A DNA stretch of 64,000 nt, taken from Pseudomonadota bacterium (GTDB lineage: Archaea > Thermoplasmatota > SW-10-69-26 > JACQPN01 > JAJPHT01). The stretch is from assembly GCA_021325135.1 (NCBI GenBank), contig JAJPHT010000020.1, forward strand, positions 99,721 through 163,720. Reading direction: 5' to 3'. Positions 9,553-18,460 of this stretch are shown here, piece by piece; the stretch's first letter is position 1, and each line of letters starts with the position of its first letter. The notes beneath the pieces were generated by a model. The model did not search any database. It saw only the letters and a list, made by a program, of their open reading frames with translations, and was not told the origin of the DNA. The position numbers were made by a program, and so were the translations under genes.

Positions 9553-10293
9553 TCAGTTGAGGCTGGGCGCGAGGCGCGCGAGGGCGCTGGGGAGCGCGGA
9601 GAGGCTCGTGATGACGGGCACGTCGTCCACGGTGCGCGCGCGGTGGCGGTCCACCAGCACGGCGCGGTGGATGCCGGCGGCGCGCGCGCCCAGCACGTCG
9701 CGCTCGTAGGAGTCGCCCACCATGACGGCCTCCACGGGGGAGACGCCGACGCGGGCCAGCGCCGCGCGGAAGAGGCGCGGGTCGGGCTTGGGGAAGCCCG
9801 CCTCGGACGCGGTGACGACGCCGTCCCAGAGCGTGGGGAGGCTCGTCGCGGGGAGCACGTCCTCCACGAGGTAGGGGTCGGCGTCGGTGAGGACCCAGAC
9901 GCGGTAGCCGTGCGCGCGGGCCCACGCAAGCGCCTGGGGCGCGTCGGGGTGGAGGCGGAGGGTGCGCTTCTGCGTCGCGACGAAGGTGGCCCAGAACCAC
10001 TCCGCGTCCTCGTGCGACGCGTCGACGTCGCGCACCTCCAGCACCGCGCGGAAGATCTCCTTCGCGGCCTCCTCGAAGGGGACGAACTCGGCTGGCTGCC
10101 CGCCACCCTCGGCATCCTCCTCGCCGCGGAGGATCTCCATGAGCGCGAGGCTGAAGTCCCCCGAGAGGGCCGCGGCCTCGTCCGCGAGGCGGAAGCGCGA
10201 GCGCGTGGCCTCGAACGCCGCGTCCAGCGACTCGTAGTCGCTCGCCTCGTCGACGAGCGTCCCGACGAGGTCGAAGAGCAGGACGGGCTTCAC
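9553..10293 (-). CDS. HAD-superfamily hydrolase
   Basis: LFDLVGTL (motif I), KPDPRLF, MVGDSYERDVLGA. Confidence 0.9.
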   Translation of the reverse strand: MKPVLLFDLVGTLVDEASDYESLDAAFEATRSRFRLADEAAALSGDFSLALMEILRGEEDAEGGGQPAEFVPFEEAAKEIFRAVLEVRDVDASHEDAEWFWATFVATQKRTLRLHPDAPQALAWARAHGYRVWVLTDADPYLVEDVLPATSLPTLWDGVVTASEAGFPKPDPRLFRAALARVGVSPVEAVMVGDSYERDVLGARAAGIHRAVLVDRHRARTVDDVPVITSLSALPSALARLAPSLN

Positions 10294-10392
10294 GAGACCC
10301 ACCGAGGAGCCTGCCCCGGCTTTTTCGTTTTCGCAAGGCCGTGGATGGAATGCCGTCGCGAGGATGAAGAAGGGGCCCTCCGATGCCCCCGC

Positions 10393-11334
10393 GTGGACGC
10401 GCGGGTGGTGGGCGCCGGGGTCGTGGGGCTCTCGTGCGCGATCCGGCTCCAGGAGGCCGGGGCGCGGGTGCGCGTCCGCGCGCTGGCGCGCACGCCGGGG
10501 ACGACCAGCGACGTGGCCGCGGCGTACTACTACCCCTCTCGCATGGCGGCCGACCCGCGCATCCTCCGCTGGGGCCGCGGCACGCTGCGCGAGCTTGCCC
10601 GCCTGGCGGAGGACCCCGCGACGGGCGTGCGCGCCGCGAAGGCGATCCACCTCGCGCGCCCCGGCGCGGAGCGCCCCTGGTGGGCCGACGCGATGCCCGG
10701 CTTCCGCGCCGCGCGCCGCGACGAGCTGCCAGCGGGCCAAGAGGCCGGCTGGGTGGTCGACACCTTCGTCGCCGAGATGCCCGTCTACCTCCGCGCGCTG
10801 GAGGCGCGCTTCGAGCGCGCGGGCGGGGCGTTCGAGGCGGGCCGCGTCGCGGACGTGCGCGCGCTGGCCCGGCAGGCGCAGGGCGTCGTCGTGAACGCGA
10901 CCGGCCTGGGCGCGCGGGAGTGCGCGGGCGACGCCAGCACGTACCCCATCCGCGGGCAGGTCGCGCGCGTGGAGAACCCGGGCCTCCTGGACGTGGTCAG
11001 CGATCCCGACGGGCCCCTGGCGGTGGCCTACGTCGTCCCGCGCTCGCGCGACGTCGTGCTGGGCGGCACCGCGCAGGAGGGGGACTGGAGCCTCGCGCCC
11101 GACCCCAAGACCGAGGAGGACATCCTGCGCAAGTGCGCGCTCCTGGAGCCCCGCCTCGCGGGCGCGCGCGTCACGGGCCGCGCGGTCGGCCTGCGCCCCG
11201 GGCGGCCCGCGGTGCGGCTGGAGCGCGACGCCGACGCCCCCAACCTCGTGCACTGCTACGGCCACGGCGGCAGCGGCATGACGCTCTCGTGGGGATGCGC
11301 GGACGAGGTGGCGGCGCTCGCGCGTCAGGTGTAG
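10393..11334 (+). CDS. D-amino acid oxidase-family FAD oxidoreductase
   Basis: VVGAGVVGLS, VNATGLGA, PIRGQ, GLRPGR, HCYGHGGSGMTLSWGCA. Confidence 0.9.
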   Translation: MDARVVGAGVVGLSCAIRLQEAGARVRVRALARTPGTTSDVAAAYYYPSRMAADPRILRWGRGTLRELARLAEDPATGVRAAKAIHLARPGAERPWWADAMPGFRAARRDELPAGQEAGWVVDTFVAEMPVYLRALEARFERAGGAFEAGRVADVRALARQAQGVVVNATGLGARECAGDASTYPIRGQVARVENPGLLDVVSDPDGPLAVAYVVPRSRDVVLGGTAQEGDWSLAPDPKTEEDILRKCALLEPRLAGARVTGRAVGLRPGRPAVRLERDADAPNLVHCYGHGGSGMTLSWGCADEVAALARQV

Positions 11335-11624
11335 TGCAGGTCGTTGAGCTCTTCGGGCTCCTTGTCCTTGGCGACGGCCTCGACGATGTCGATGCTCGTC
11401 ACCATGTGGGAGGGGATGACGCGGATCTTGCCCTTGAGGTCCTTGTGGTGCTCGCCGTCAAGCTCGATGGCCAGCGCGTCGATGGTGCCGACGCTGACCA
11501 CGCCCTTGAACGTCCCGTGGGTGTCCAGCACGGCCTCGCGGCTGGCCAGGCTGCGGATGTGGTACTTGCTGCCCATGGTGAGCGTGGGCGGGGTCTCGTC
11601 CTTCTTCTTCGTCGTCGGGCTCAT
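11325..11624 (-). CDS. Hypothetical protein (beta-rich, possibly Sm/SH3-like)
   Basis: ATGA overlap with the upstream regulator; strong codon bias. Confidence 0.7.
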   Translation of the reverse strand: MSPTTKKKDETPPTLTMGSKYHIRSLASREAVLDTHGTFKGVVSVGTIDALAIELDGEHHKDLKGKIRVIPSHMVTSIDIVEAVAKDKEPEELNDLHYT

Positions 11625-12106
11625 GCCTTCACTCCCTTGGCGGGCTTCGCGCCCTCTCGCGCGGCCTTCTCCGCGAGCGCCTGGAGGTGGTCGACGCTCT
11701 TGCGGTAGTTCTCCATGGCGATCTTCACGTTGGCCTCGACGAAGTTCCACGCCTTCGCGAGGTTGCCGTAGCGGATGCGGTACGCCTTGCGGCCGCCGCC
11801 GTCCGTCTCGTCGAGGCTCGACTCCTCCAGCAGGTCCATGGCCTTCAGCTTGTTGAGATGGCGGTAGAGCGTGGGCCGGCTGGTGTCCAGGAGCGTGATC
11901 AATTCCTCGGCGGTCCACGCCTTGTCGGGCCGCAGCAGGAACGCGTCGCGCACGAGGCGGAACGCGACGCCCTTGCGCGTGGAGGCCTCGTCGTCCGCGC
12001 CGCGGTCGAGGTAGCCCACCTGCTTGAGCATGGTGAGCGCCACCTGGTCGAGGTCCGCGACCGGGGTGAGCGGCGTGTTGTTGACGACCACCAGCTCGAA
12101 GGGCAT
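11621..12106 (-). CDS. Winged-HTH transcriptional regulator (ArsR-like)
   Basis: WTAEELITLLDTSRPTLYRHLNKLKAMDLLE HTH plus wing. Confidence 0.8.
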   Translation of the reverse strand: MPFELVVVNNTPLTPVADLDQVALTMLKQVGYLDRGADDEASTRKGVAFRLVRDAFLLRPDKAWTAEELITLLDTSRPTLYRHLNKLKAMDLLEESSLDETDGGGRKAYRIRYGNLAKAWNFVEANVKIAMENYRKSVDHLQALAEKAAREGAKPAKGVKA

Positions 12107-12204
12107 GCCGTTGCGATAGCCGATCCTCGGTTAAGGGTTTTTGATTTGTGCGTCAAGCTACCAGCCTTTTTCGCGGCGAGGGGCGCTTCAGCCGCCGGAA
12201 CCAG

Positions 12205-12211
12205 ATAAATA
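12205..12211 (+). promoter_or_regulatory. TATA box of leuS
   Basis: ATAAATA about 24 nt before the GTG start, consistent with a leaderless mRNA. Confidence 0.5.
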
Positions 12212-12234
12212 GGGTCGAGCCGTTCGCGGCGGCC

Positions 12235-15168
12235 GTGACGAGCGAGACGCGCGCCGACGTGGCCGCCATCGAGGAGAAGTGGCAGAGGCGCTGGGCGGAG
12301 TCGCATGCCCACGAGCCGCACCCGCAGCCGGGCCGGCCGAAGTTCTTCGCCACCTACCCGTACTCGTACATGAACGCCTTCGCCCACGTAGGGCACGCGT
12401 TCACCATGCTGCGCAGCGACCTCCTGGTGCGCTATCACCGCATGCTGGGGCACAACGTCCTCTTCCCCTTCGCGTTCCACGTCACGGGCACGCCCATCGT
12501 GGCGGCCGCCAACCGCGTGCGCGAAGGGGACGCCCAGCAGATCAAGATCCTCCAGGACCAGGGCATCCCCGCCTCCGACGTGCCGAGGTTCGCGGACCCG
12601 GTCCACTGGGTGCGCTACTTCCCGCCCAAGTGGCGCGAGGACGTCACGCGCCTGGGGGCGCACGTCGACTGGCGCCGCGAGTTCATCACCACCGACCTCA
12701 ACCCGCACTACGACGCGTTCATCCAGTGGCAGTTCCGCAAGCTGGGCGAGAAGCGGCGCGTCGCCAAGGGGCGCCACGCCGTCATCTGGTGCCCCAAGGA
12801 CAACGCGGTGGTGGCGGACCACGACCGCTACAGCGGCGAGGGCGAGACGCCCCAGGAGTGGACGCTCTACAAGATGCCCCTGGAGGCGCCCGAGGCGCTG
12901 GGCCTCCACGGCAAGGTCCACCTCGTCGCGGCGACCCTGCGCCCCGACACCGCGTTCGGGCAGACCAACGTCTGGGTCGACCCCGCGCATCGCTATCACG
13001 TCATGGAGAAGGGCGCGGAGCGCTGGATCGTCAACGCCACGAGCGCGCGCGACCTGCCCTTCCAGTTCGACGACCTGCGCGACACCGGCGCCACGGTCGA
13101 AGGGGCGAAGCTCCTGGGCCACCGCGTCCAGGCTCCCGGCACCGGCGCGTCCATCCCCGTCCTTCCCGCCGCGTTCATCCGCCACGAGAAGGGCACGGGC
13201 ATCGTCACGAGCGTCCCCAGCGACTCGCCCCAGGACCTCCTCTCGCTGCGCGCCGCGCAGGCCGAGGAGGGGGCCATCGGCGCGATCGCGCGTGACATCA
13301 CTCCCATCCCCGTCATCGAGACCGCGAAGTACGGCGCGGAGAGCGCCGCCAGGGCCGTCGAGGAGACCGGCGCCCGCGACCACAAGGACGCCGCCAAGAT
13401 CGCCGAGGCCACCGAGAAGGCGTACCAGGCGGGCTTCTACGAGGGCGTCATGCTGCCCAACGCCAAGGCGTTCGCCGGCATGAAGGTCAGCGACGCCAAG
13501 GAGAAGATCAAGGCGTGGCTCGTCTCGCGCCACGAGGCCGTCGTGGGCTACTGGCCCTCCGCGCCCGTCGTCTGCCGCTGCCTCACGCCCAGCGTCGTGA
13601 AGATCGTCAGCGACCAGTGGTTCATCCAGTACGGCGACGACGCGTGGAAGAAGGAGGCGCACGACGCGCTGGACCGCATGGCGTTCTACCCGCCGCTTGC
13701 GCGCAAGCAGTTCGAGCACGTCGTCGACTGGCTGCGCGGCTGGGCCTGCACGCGCGAGCACGGCCTGGGCTCGCACCTGCCCCAGGACCCGCGCTGGCTC
13801 ATCGAGTCGCTCTCCGACAGCACCATCTACATGGCGTACTACACCGTCGCGCACCTGCTGGAGAAGCAGAGCCCCAGCGGCGGCCCCGCGCGCTACGGCG
13901 TCGACGCCAAGGACCTCTCCGACGCGTTCTTCGACCACGTCCTCCTGGGCAAGGGCTCCGCGAAGGACGCGGCCAGGGGCACCGTCACGGTGGACCTGGT
14001 GGAGAAGGCGCGGGCGGAGTTCGCCTACTGGTATCCGCTGGACTTCCGCAACTCGGGCAAGGACCTGGTGCAGAACCACCTCACGTTCATGGTGTTCAAC
14101 CACGCCGCCATCTGGGACGACCCCAAGTGGTGGCCGCGCTCCATCGGCGTCAACGGCTGGGTCATGGTGGACGGCGAGAAGATGAGCAAGAGCCGCGGCA
14201 ACTTCATCACGCTGCGGCAGGCCCTCGACCAGTACGGCGCCAGCGCCACGCGCTTCGCCCTGGCCTTCGCGGGCGAGGGCGTGGACGACGCCAACTTCGA
14301 CCGAGACGTCGCCGCGCAGAGCGGCCGCAAGCTGCGCGCGTGGGTGGAGCTCGCCACCGGCCCGCAGGAGACGCGCGACGGGCCCCTCACCACCGTGGAC
14401 CGATGGCTCCTGGGCGCCCTGGACCGCCTCGTCGCCGAGACGCGCCAGAACATGGAGGAGACGAACTTCCGCAGCGCCATCAAGACCGGCTTCCACGACG
14501 CGCAGCGCGAGTGGAGCTGGTACGTGCGCCGCGCCGGAGGCACGCCCCACAAGCAGGTGTGGGACCGCTTCTGCCGCGTGCAGAACGCCATGCTCACCCC
14601 CTTCGTGCCCGCCATCGCCTGCGAGGTCCACGAGGCCCGCGGGTGGCCCGGCCACGCGCTGGACGTGGAGTACCCCGCGCCCGCCGGGTCTGCGGACCCC
14701 GCGCTGGAGGAGAGCGAGCGGTTCGTGCGCGACCTCCTGGATGACGTGCGCAACATCCTCAAGGTCACGAAGATCGCGCCCAAGCGCATGGCGCTCACCA
14801 CCGCGCCGTCGTGGAAGCGCAGGTTCCACGAGATCGCCCTCGACCTCGCGCGGCGCAAGGAGCTGACCGTGCCCGCGCTCATGAAGGCCAGCATGGCGGA
14901 CCCCGACGTGCGCGCCAAGGGCTCCAAGGACGCGCCCAAGCTCGCCGCCGACGCCGTGAAGGCCCTGGCCAACCTGGGCGAGGCTGAGCTTGCCGCGCGC
15001 TCCCTCGCGCTGGACGAGACGGCCATCCTGCGCGAGAGCGTGCCCTTCCTCCAGGCGGAGTTCGGCTGCGAGGTGCTCGTCCAGAGCGCGGACGCTCCCG
15101 ACTTGCAGGACCTCGGCGGCAAGGCGCGCTTCGCCAATGTGCGCAAGCCCGCCGTCTTCATGGAGTAG
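12235..15168 (+). CDS. leuS: Leucine--tRNA ligase, archaeal type
   Basis: YPYSYMNAFAHVGH, AATLRPDT, GTGIVTSVPSDSP, ESLSDSTIYMAYY, GKDLVQNHL, KMSKS. Confidence 0.97.
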   Translation: MTSETRADVAAIEEKWQRRWAESHAHEPHPQPGRPKFFATYPYSYMNAFAHVGHAFTMLRSDLLVRYHRMLGHNVLFPFAFHVTGTPIVAAANRVREGDAQQIKILQDQGIPASDVPRFADPVHWVRYFPPKWREDVTRLGAHVDWRREFITTDLNPHYDAFIQWQFRKLGEKRRVAKGRHAVIWCPKDNAVVADHDRYSGEGETPQEWTLYKMPLEAPEALGLHGKVHLVAATLRPDTAFGQTNVWVDPAHRYHVMEKGAERWIVNATSARDLPFQFDDLRDTGATVEGAKLLGHRVQAPGTGASIPVLPAAFIRHEKGTGIVTSVPSDSPQDLLSLRAAQAEEGAIGAIARDITPIPVIETAKYGAESAARAVEETGARDHKDAAKIAEATEKAYQAGFYEGVMLPNAKAFAGMKVSDAKEKIKAWLVSRHEAVVGYWPSAPVVCRCLTPSVVKIVSDQWFIQYGDDAWKKEAHDALDRMAFYPPLARKQFEHVVDWLRGWACTREHGLGSHLPQDPRWLIESLSDSTIYMAYYTVAHLLEKQSPSGGPARYGVDAKDLSDAFFDHVLLGKGSAKDAARGTVTVDLVEKARAEFAYWYPLDFRNSGKDLVQNHLTFMVFNHAAIWDDPKWWPRSIGVNGWVMVDGEKMSKSRGNFITLRQALDQYGASATRFALAFAGEGVDDANFDRDVAAQSGRKLRAWVELATGPQETRDGPLTTVDRWLLGALDRLVAETRQNMEETNFRSAIKTGFHDAQREWSWYVRRAGGTPHKQVWDRFCRVQNAMLTPFVPAIACEVHEARGWPGHALDVEYPAPAGSADPALEESERFVRDLLDDVRNILKVTKIAPKRMALTTAPSWKRRFHEIALDLARRKELTVPALMKASMADPDVRAKGSKDAPKLAADAVKALANLGEAELAARSLALDETAILRESVPFLQAEFGCEVLVQSADAPDLQDLGGKARFANVRKPAVFME

Positions 15169-15187
15169 GGGCTGGTCCTCGGGTCAG

Positions 15188-15290
15188 GGGTCCAAAGAAC
15201 GCGATGAGCGCCACGAGCGCGAAGGACGCGACGACGAAAGACGCCATCGCAACCTTGGCGCTCTTCGCGCTCGTCGCGTTCTTTGGACCC
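15188..15290. repeat. 38-bp imperfect inverted repeat downstream of leuS (hairpin/MITE-like; possible terminator)
   Basis: Arms 15188-15225 and 15253-15290 match at 34/38 positions. Confidence 0.8.
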
Positions 15291-15427
15291 GAACCCAGAA
15301 GGAGGCAACACCTCGGCTGCCTGCCTTGAAGAGGGGCAAGGCCTGGAAGCTTCCACTCCGTTCAACGAATGCGCCAACAAGGACGACCTGGAAGGCGGCG
15401 TTGGGGCGGCATCCGGAGGCAACCACC

Positions 15428-16399
15428 ATGCGAACGCTCGCGGCACTCCTCTCCCTCGCGGCCCTGCTCGCCGCGGGATGCATCTCGCCCGACCAGGCCC
15501 CGACCAACGGCAGCGCGACGCCCGCGGCGCCCACCCCCGCGGACCGCATCGACGGCATGACCGCGGAAGCCCAGAAGACCGACAAGGCCGTCGACTGCAG
15601 CAACGGCGGCACGGAGGTCCCGCCGAGGTACTGCGCCGAGCGGAACCTCACCGTCACGGGGCGCATCGGCGTCGCCTCGCTGCCCGTCTCCCTCACCGGG
15701 ACCAACGGCGGCATCACCGTGCGCGCCGGCGAGGGCGACGCGTGGAGCTTCCACGCGGTGGTGCGCGTCTCGGCGCCCACGCAGGACATGGCCAACCAGG
15801 CGCTGGACACCGCGTGGACGTGGAGCCACGAGTCGGACGGCAGGCACGCCTTCCGCGCCGGGCCCGCGCAGGCCCCCGTCGCCACGCCCGCGCCCCTCCC
15901 GGTGGGCGCGCCGGTGGGCGCCGCGCAGGTGGTCAGCACGCGCTACGAGCTGGTCCTCCCCGCGTGGGTCGTCCTCGACTCCGTGAGCGCGCAGGGCGAC
16001 AACGGCGGCGTCCTCGTCACCGGCTTCCGCGCCGGCAAGGCCGACCTCTCCACCACCAACGGGGGCGTCTCCTTCCTGGGCTCCGCCGAGGCCGTCTCCC
16101 TGAGCACCACCAACGGCGGCGCGACGCTGGACCTTACGCCCACCGCCACGGGCTCCGTGAGCGTCACGACCACCAACGGCGGCGTCACCGCCACGATCCA
16201 CCGCGCGTTGGGGCTCGGCGTCGACCTCGACGCCAAGAGCACCAACGGCGCGGTCACGCTCAACCTCTCGGGCGGCCAGCTGACGACCAACGAGCGCGCG
16301 CACAAGCACTTCCGCAGCGACGGCTTCGACGGCGCCGCCATCCAGACCACGATGACGCTGGGCACGACCAACGGCGGCATCGTCGCCACGGACGGCTGA
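15428..16399 (+). CDS. Lipoprotein with DUF4097-like adhesin beta-repeats
   Basis: Lipobox LAAGC; repeated TTNGG motifs. Confidence 0.8.
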   Translation: MRTLAALLSLAALLAAGCISPDQAPTNGSATPAAPTPADRIDGMTAEAQKTDKAVDCSNGGTEVPPRYCAERNLTVTGRIGVASLPVSLTGTNGGITVRAGEGDAWSFHAVVRVSAPTQDMANQALDTAWTWSHESDGRHAFRAGPAQAPVATPAPLPVGAPVGAAQVVSTRYELVLPAWVVLDSVSAQGDNGGVLVTGFRAGKADLSTTNGGVSFLGSAEAVSLSTTNGGATLDLTPTATGSVSVTTTNGGVTATIHRALGLGVDLDAKSTNGAVTLNLSGGQLTTNERAHKHFRSDGFDGAAIQTTMTLGTTNGGIVATDG

Positions 16400-16401
16400 G
16401 G

Positions 16402-16578
16402 TCAGAGGAAGCGCCGCTGCCGCATCCGCTCGCGCAGGTACGCGCGCAACGCCTCCGCGTCGTGGGCCCACGGCGCGCGCCCCTCCCGCGCCAGCGCGGC
16501 GCTGAGCGCGTCCAGGAGCGCGTGCGCCTCGCGGCGGTCCACGTCGAAGCGGATCCTCTCGGGCGCGCGCATCGCCAT
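16402..16578 (-). CDS. Small hypothetical protein
   Basis: 58-aa ORF with GC3 bias filling the gap; GGTGG upstream. Confidence 0.4.
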   Translation of the reverse strand: MAMRAPERIRFDVDRREAHALLDALSAALAREGRAPWAHDAEALRAYLRERMRQRRFL

Positions 16579-16668
16579 GACCACCGGCGGCCCGCCCTCT
16601 TCCCCGTTCGCCCCGCCAGCGAGGACGGGGCTAGAACCCACAAGCGCGCGCACGCCCGGGACGAGGCC

Positions 16669-17250
16669 ATGCCCGTCCGCGTCCTGGGCCTGGGCGGAAG
16701 CCTCGCCAGGCCAAGCGCCAGCCTCGCCGCCCTCCGCGTCGCCCTGGAAGGCGCCCAAGCGGCGGGCGCGCAGGTCGAGCTCCTCGACGTGCGCGAGCTC
16801 GACCTGCCCCTCTACTCGCCCGACCTGGAGACGCCGCCCCGCGACGCGCAGCGCCTCGCCGACGCGACCTTCCGCGCGCAGGGCCTCCTCTGGTCGAGCC
16901 CCCTCTACCACGGCACCATCAGCGGGTCCTTCAAGAACGCCCTCGACTGGCTGGAATTGCTATCGACGCGCGACCCGCCCTACCTCGCCGAGAAGGTCGT
17001 GGGGCTCATCAGCACCGCGGGCGGCGTGCAGGGCCTCCAGGCGGTGAACACCATGGAGTTCGTCGTCCGCGCGCTGCGCGGCTGGGCCGTCCCCATGGTC
17101 ATCCCCATCGCGCGCGCCGCCGACGCGTTCGACGCCGAAGGCCAGCCCACCGACCCGCGCATCGAGACGCAGCTCCACATGCTGGGCCGGGAGGTCGTCC
17201 ACGGCGCGCGCCACTTCGCCGCCGCCGAGGCGCACCAGGCGCCCGCCTGA
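16669..17250 (+). CDS. NADPH-dependent FMN reductase (flavodoxin-like)
   Basis: LGLGGSL, SPLYHGTISGSFKNALDW, STAGGVQG. Confidence 0.9.
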   Translation: MPVRVLGLGGSLARPSASLAALRVALEGAQAAGAQVELLDVRELDLPLYSPDLETPPRDAQRLADATFRAQGLLWSSPLYHGTISGSFKNALDWLELLSTRDPPYLAEKVVGLISTAGGVQGLQAVNTMEFVVRALRGWAVPMVIPIARAADAFDAEGQPTDPRIETQLHMLGREVVHGARHFAAAEAHQAPA

Positions 17251-17252
17251 GA

Positions 17253-17325
17253 TGGGCCCAGCAGGATTCGAACCTGCGGCATTCGCCTTGTAAGAGCGAC
17301 GTCCTAACCCCTGAACGATGGGCCC
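17253..17325 (-). tRNA. tRNA-Val (TAC)
   Basis: GGGCCCA/TGGGCCC acceptor stem, anticodon loop CTTACAA, GGTTCGAATCC T-loop, discriminator A; no encoded CCA. Confidence 0.93.
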
Positions 17326-17475
17326 GCGCCGCGCCATCGGAAGGGGTGCCACAAAAGACCTTCCCCGCGCGCGGCGCCGCCCGGGAACGCCGCCACCGGG
17401 GGCCGCAAACCCCATAAAGGGGAACCGCAATCGAGGCGCGCCCCCCGGGGTCATGCCCGGGAGAAGCACCACAAC

Positions 17476-17548
17476 AGCCCCGTGGTCTAGTGGCCAATGA
17501 TTCGGGACTCTGGATCCTGCGACCGCGGTTCGAATCCGTGCGGGGCTA
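17476..17548 (+). tRNA. tRNA-Gln (CTG)
   Basis: AGCCCCG/CGGGGCT acceptor stem with archaeal A1-U72 pair, anticodon loop CTCTGGA, GGTTCGAATCC. Confidence 0.93.
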
Positions 17549-17561
17549 TTCACAACAGCGG

Positions 17562-17921
17562 CTACCAGATCGGGTTGCCGCAGGCTTCGCACTCGCCGCA
17601 GAGCCATTCTCCGTGGAGCGGGTCGATCTCGACGCCGATGTAAGCCCAGCCGTCGTGGCAGACGGGGCCGCACTCCGCGTAGCCCAGGCAGACGGGGACG
17701 GTGGGGTTGGGCGGCTGGCAGAGGGTGGTGATGCGGCAGGGGTCCTGCACGCAGACGGGCGCGGGGGCGCTGGGCGTGCCGGCGCAGACGAGGCCGGGGC
17801 ACGTCGATTGGGTCTGGTCCGTGCATGCGAGCTGCGGGATGGCGTCCGCGGCGGGGGCGAGGATGCCGATGGCGCTGCCGGTGACGGCGAGGACGAGGAT
17901 GGCCGTGATGCTGAGCTTCAT
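17562..17921 (-). CDS. Small secreted Cys-rich protein
   Basis: MKLSITAILVLAV signal peptide; 12 Cys in about 95 mature residues. Confidence 0.65.
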   Translation of the reverse strand: MKLSITAILVLAVTGSAIGILAPAADAIPQLACTDQTQSTCPGLVCAGTPSAPAPVCVQDPCRITTLCQPPNPTVPVCLGYAECGPVCHDGWAYIGVEIDPLHGEWLCGECEACGNPIW

Positions 17922-18005
17922 GGTGGGGACTCCTGCGCCCCGGCGAGCGCCGCGCGGCGTCATAGCCTCTTCCGCGCGGCGCGGGCTGCAGCCGTTCGGC
18001 TGCGA

Positions 18006-18386
18006 TCAGGTGGTCGCGGCCGGCTCCTTCTGCGTGGACGGGTCCGTGATCCACATGGCGTAGGCGTTGGCGCCGCACGCGACGAAGGCGAGGACCGCGC
18101 TGGTGGCGCGGTAGGCTGGCGTCGCGTCGGCGAGGAGCGCGAAGCCCACGATCCACGCGGCGGCGGCAAATCCCGCGAGCCACGGCCACGAGGCCTGCCG
18201 CGCGAGGGCCCGCGGCGCCTGGCGCGCTCCGAGGGCGCCCAGGGCCACGAGGGCGCCGCCGGTGAGGAAGGCGTTCAGGGCCGCCGCGTCGCCCACGTGG
18301 GACGTCAGCGGGAGGACGGGCACGACGAGGCCCGTTCCCATGCTGATCCCTGCGGCGGCTTCGATCCGGGCTCGTCGCGAGGGCAT
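18006..18386 (-). CDS. Hypothetical membrane protein
   Basis: About four hydrophobic helices. Confidence 0.55.
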   Translation of the reverse strand: MPSRRARIEAAAGISMGTGLVVPVLPLTSHVGDAAALNAFLTGGALVALGALGARQAPRALARQASWPWLAGFAAAAWIVGFALLADATPAYRATSAVLAFVACGANAYAMWITDPSTQKEPAATT

Positions 18387-18460
18387 CCGGTCGTCCGTCC
18401 TCCGTTCTCAGAGGGTGTGGTCGCTTCCTCCTCTTATCCTCTCCGCCGCTCCCGGGGGCG

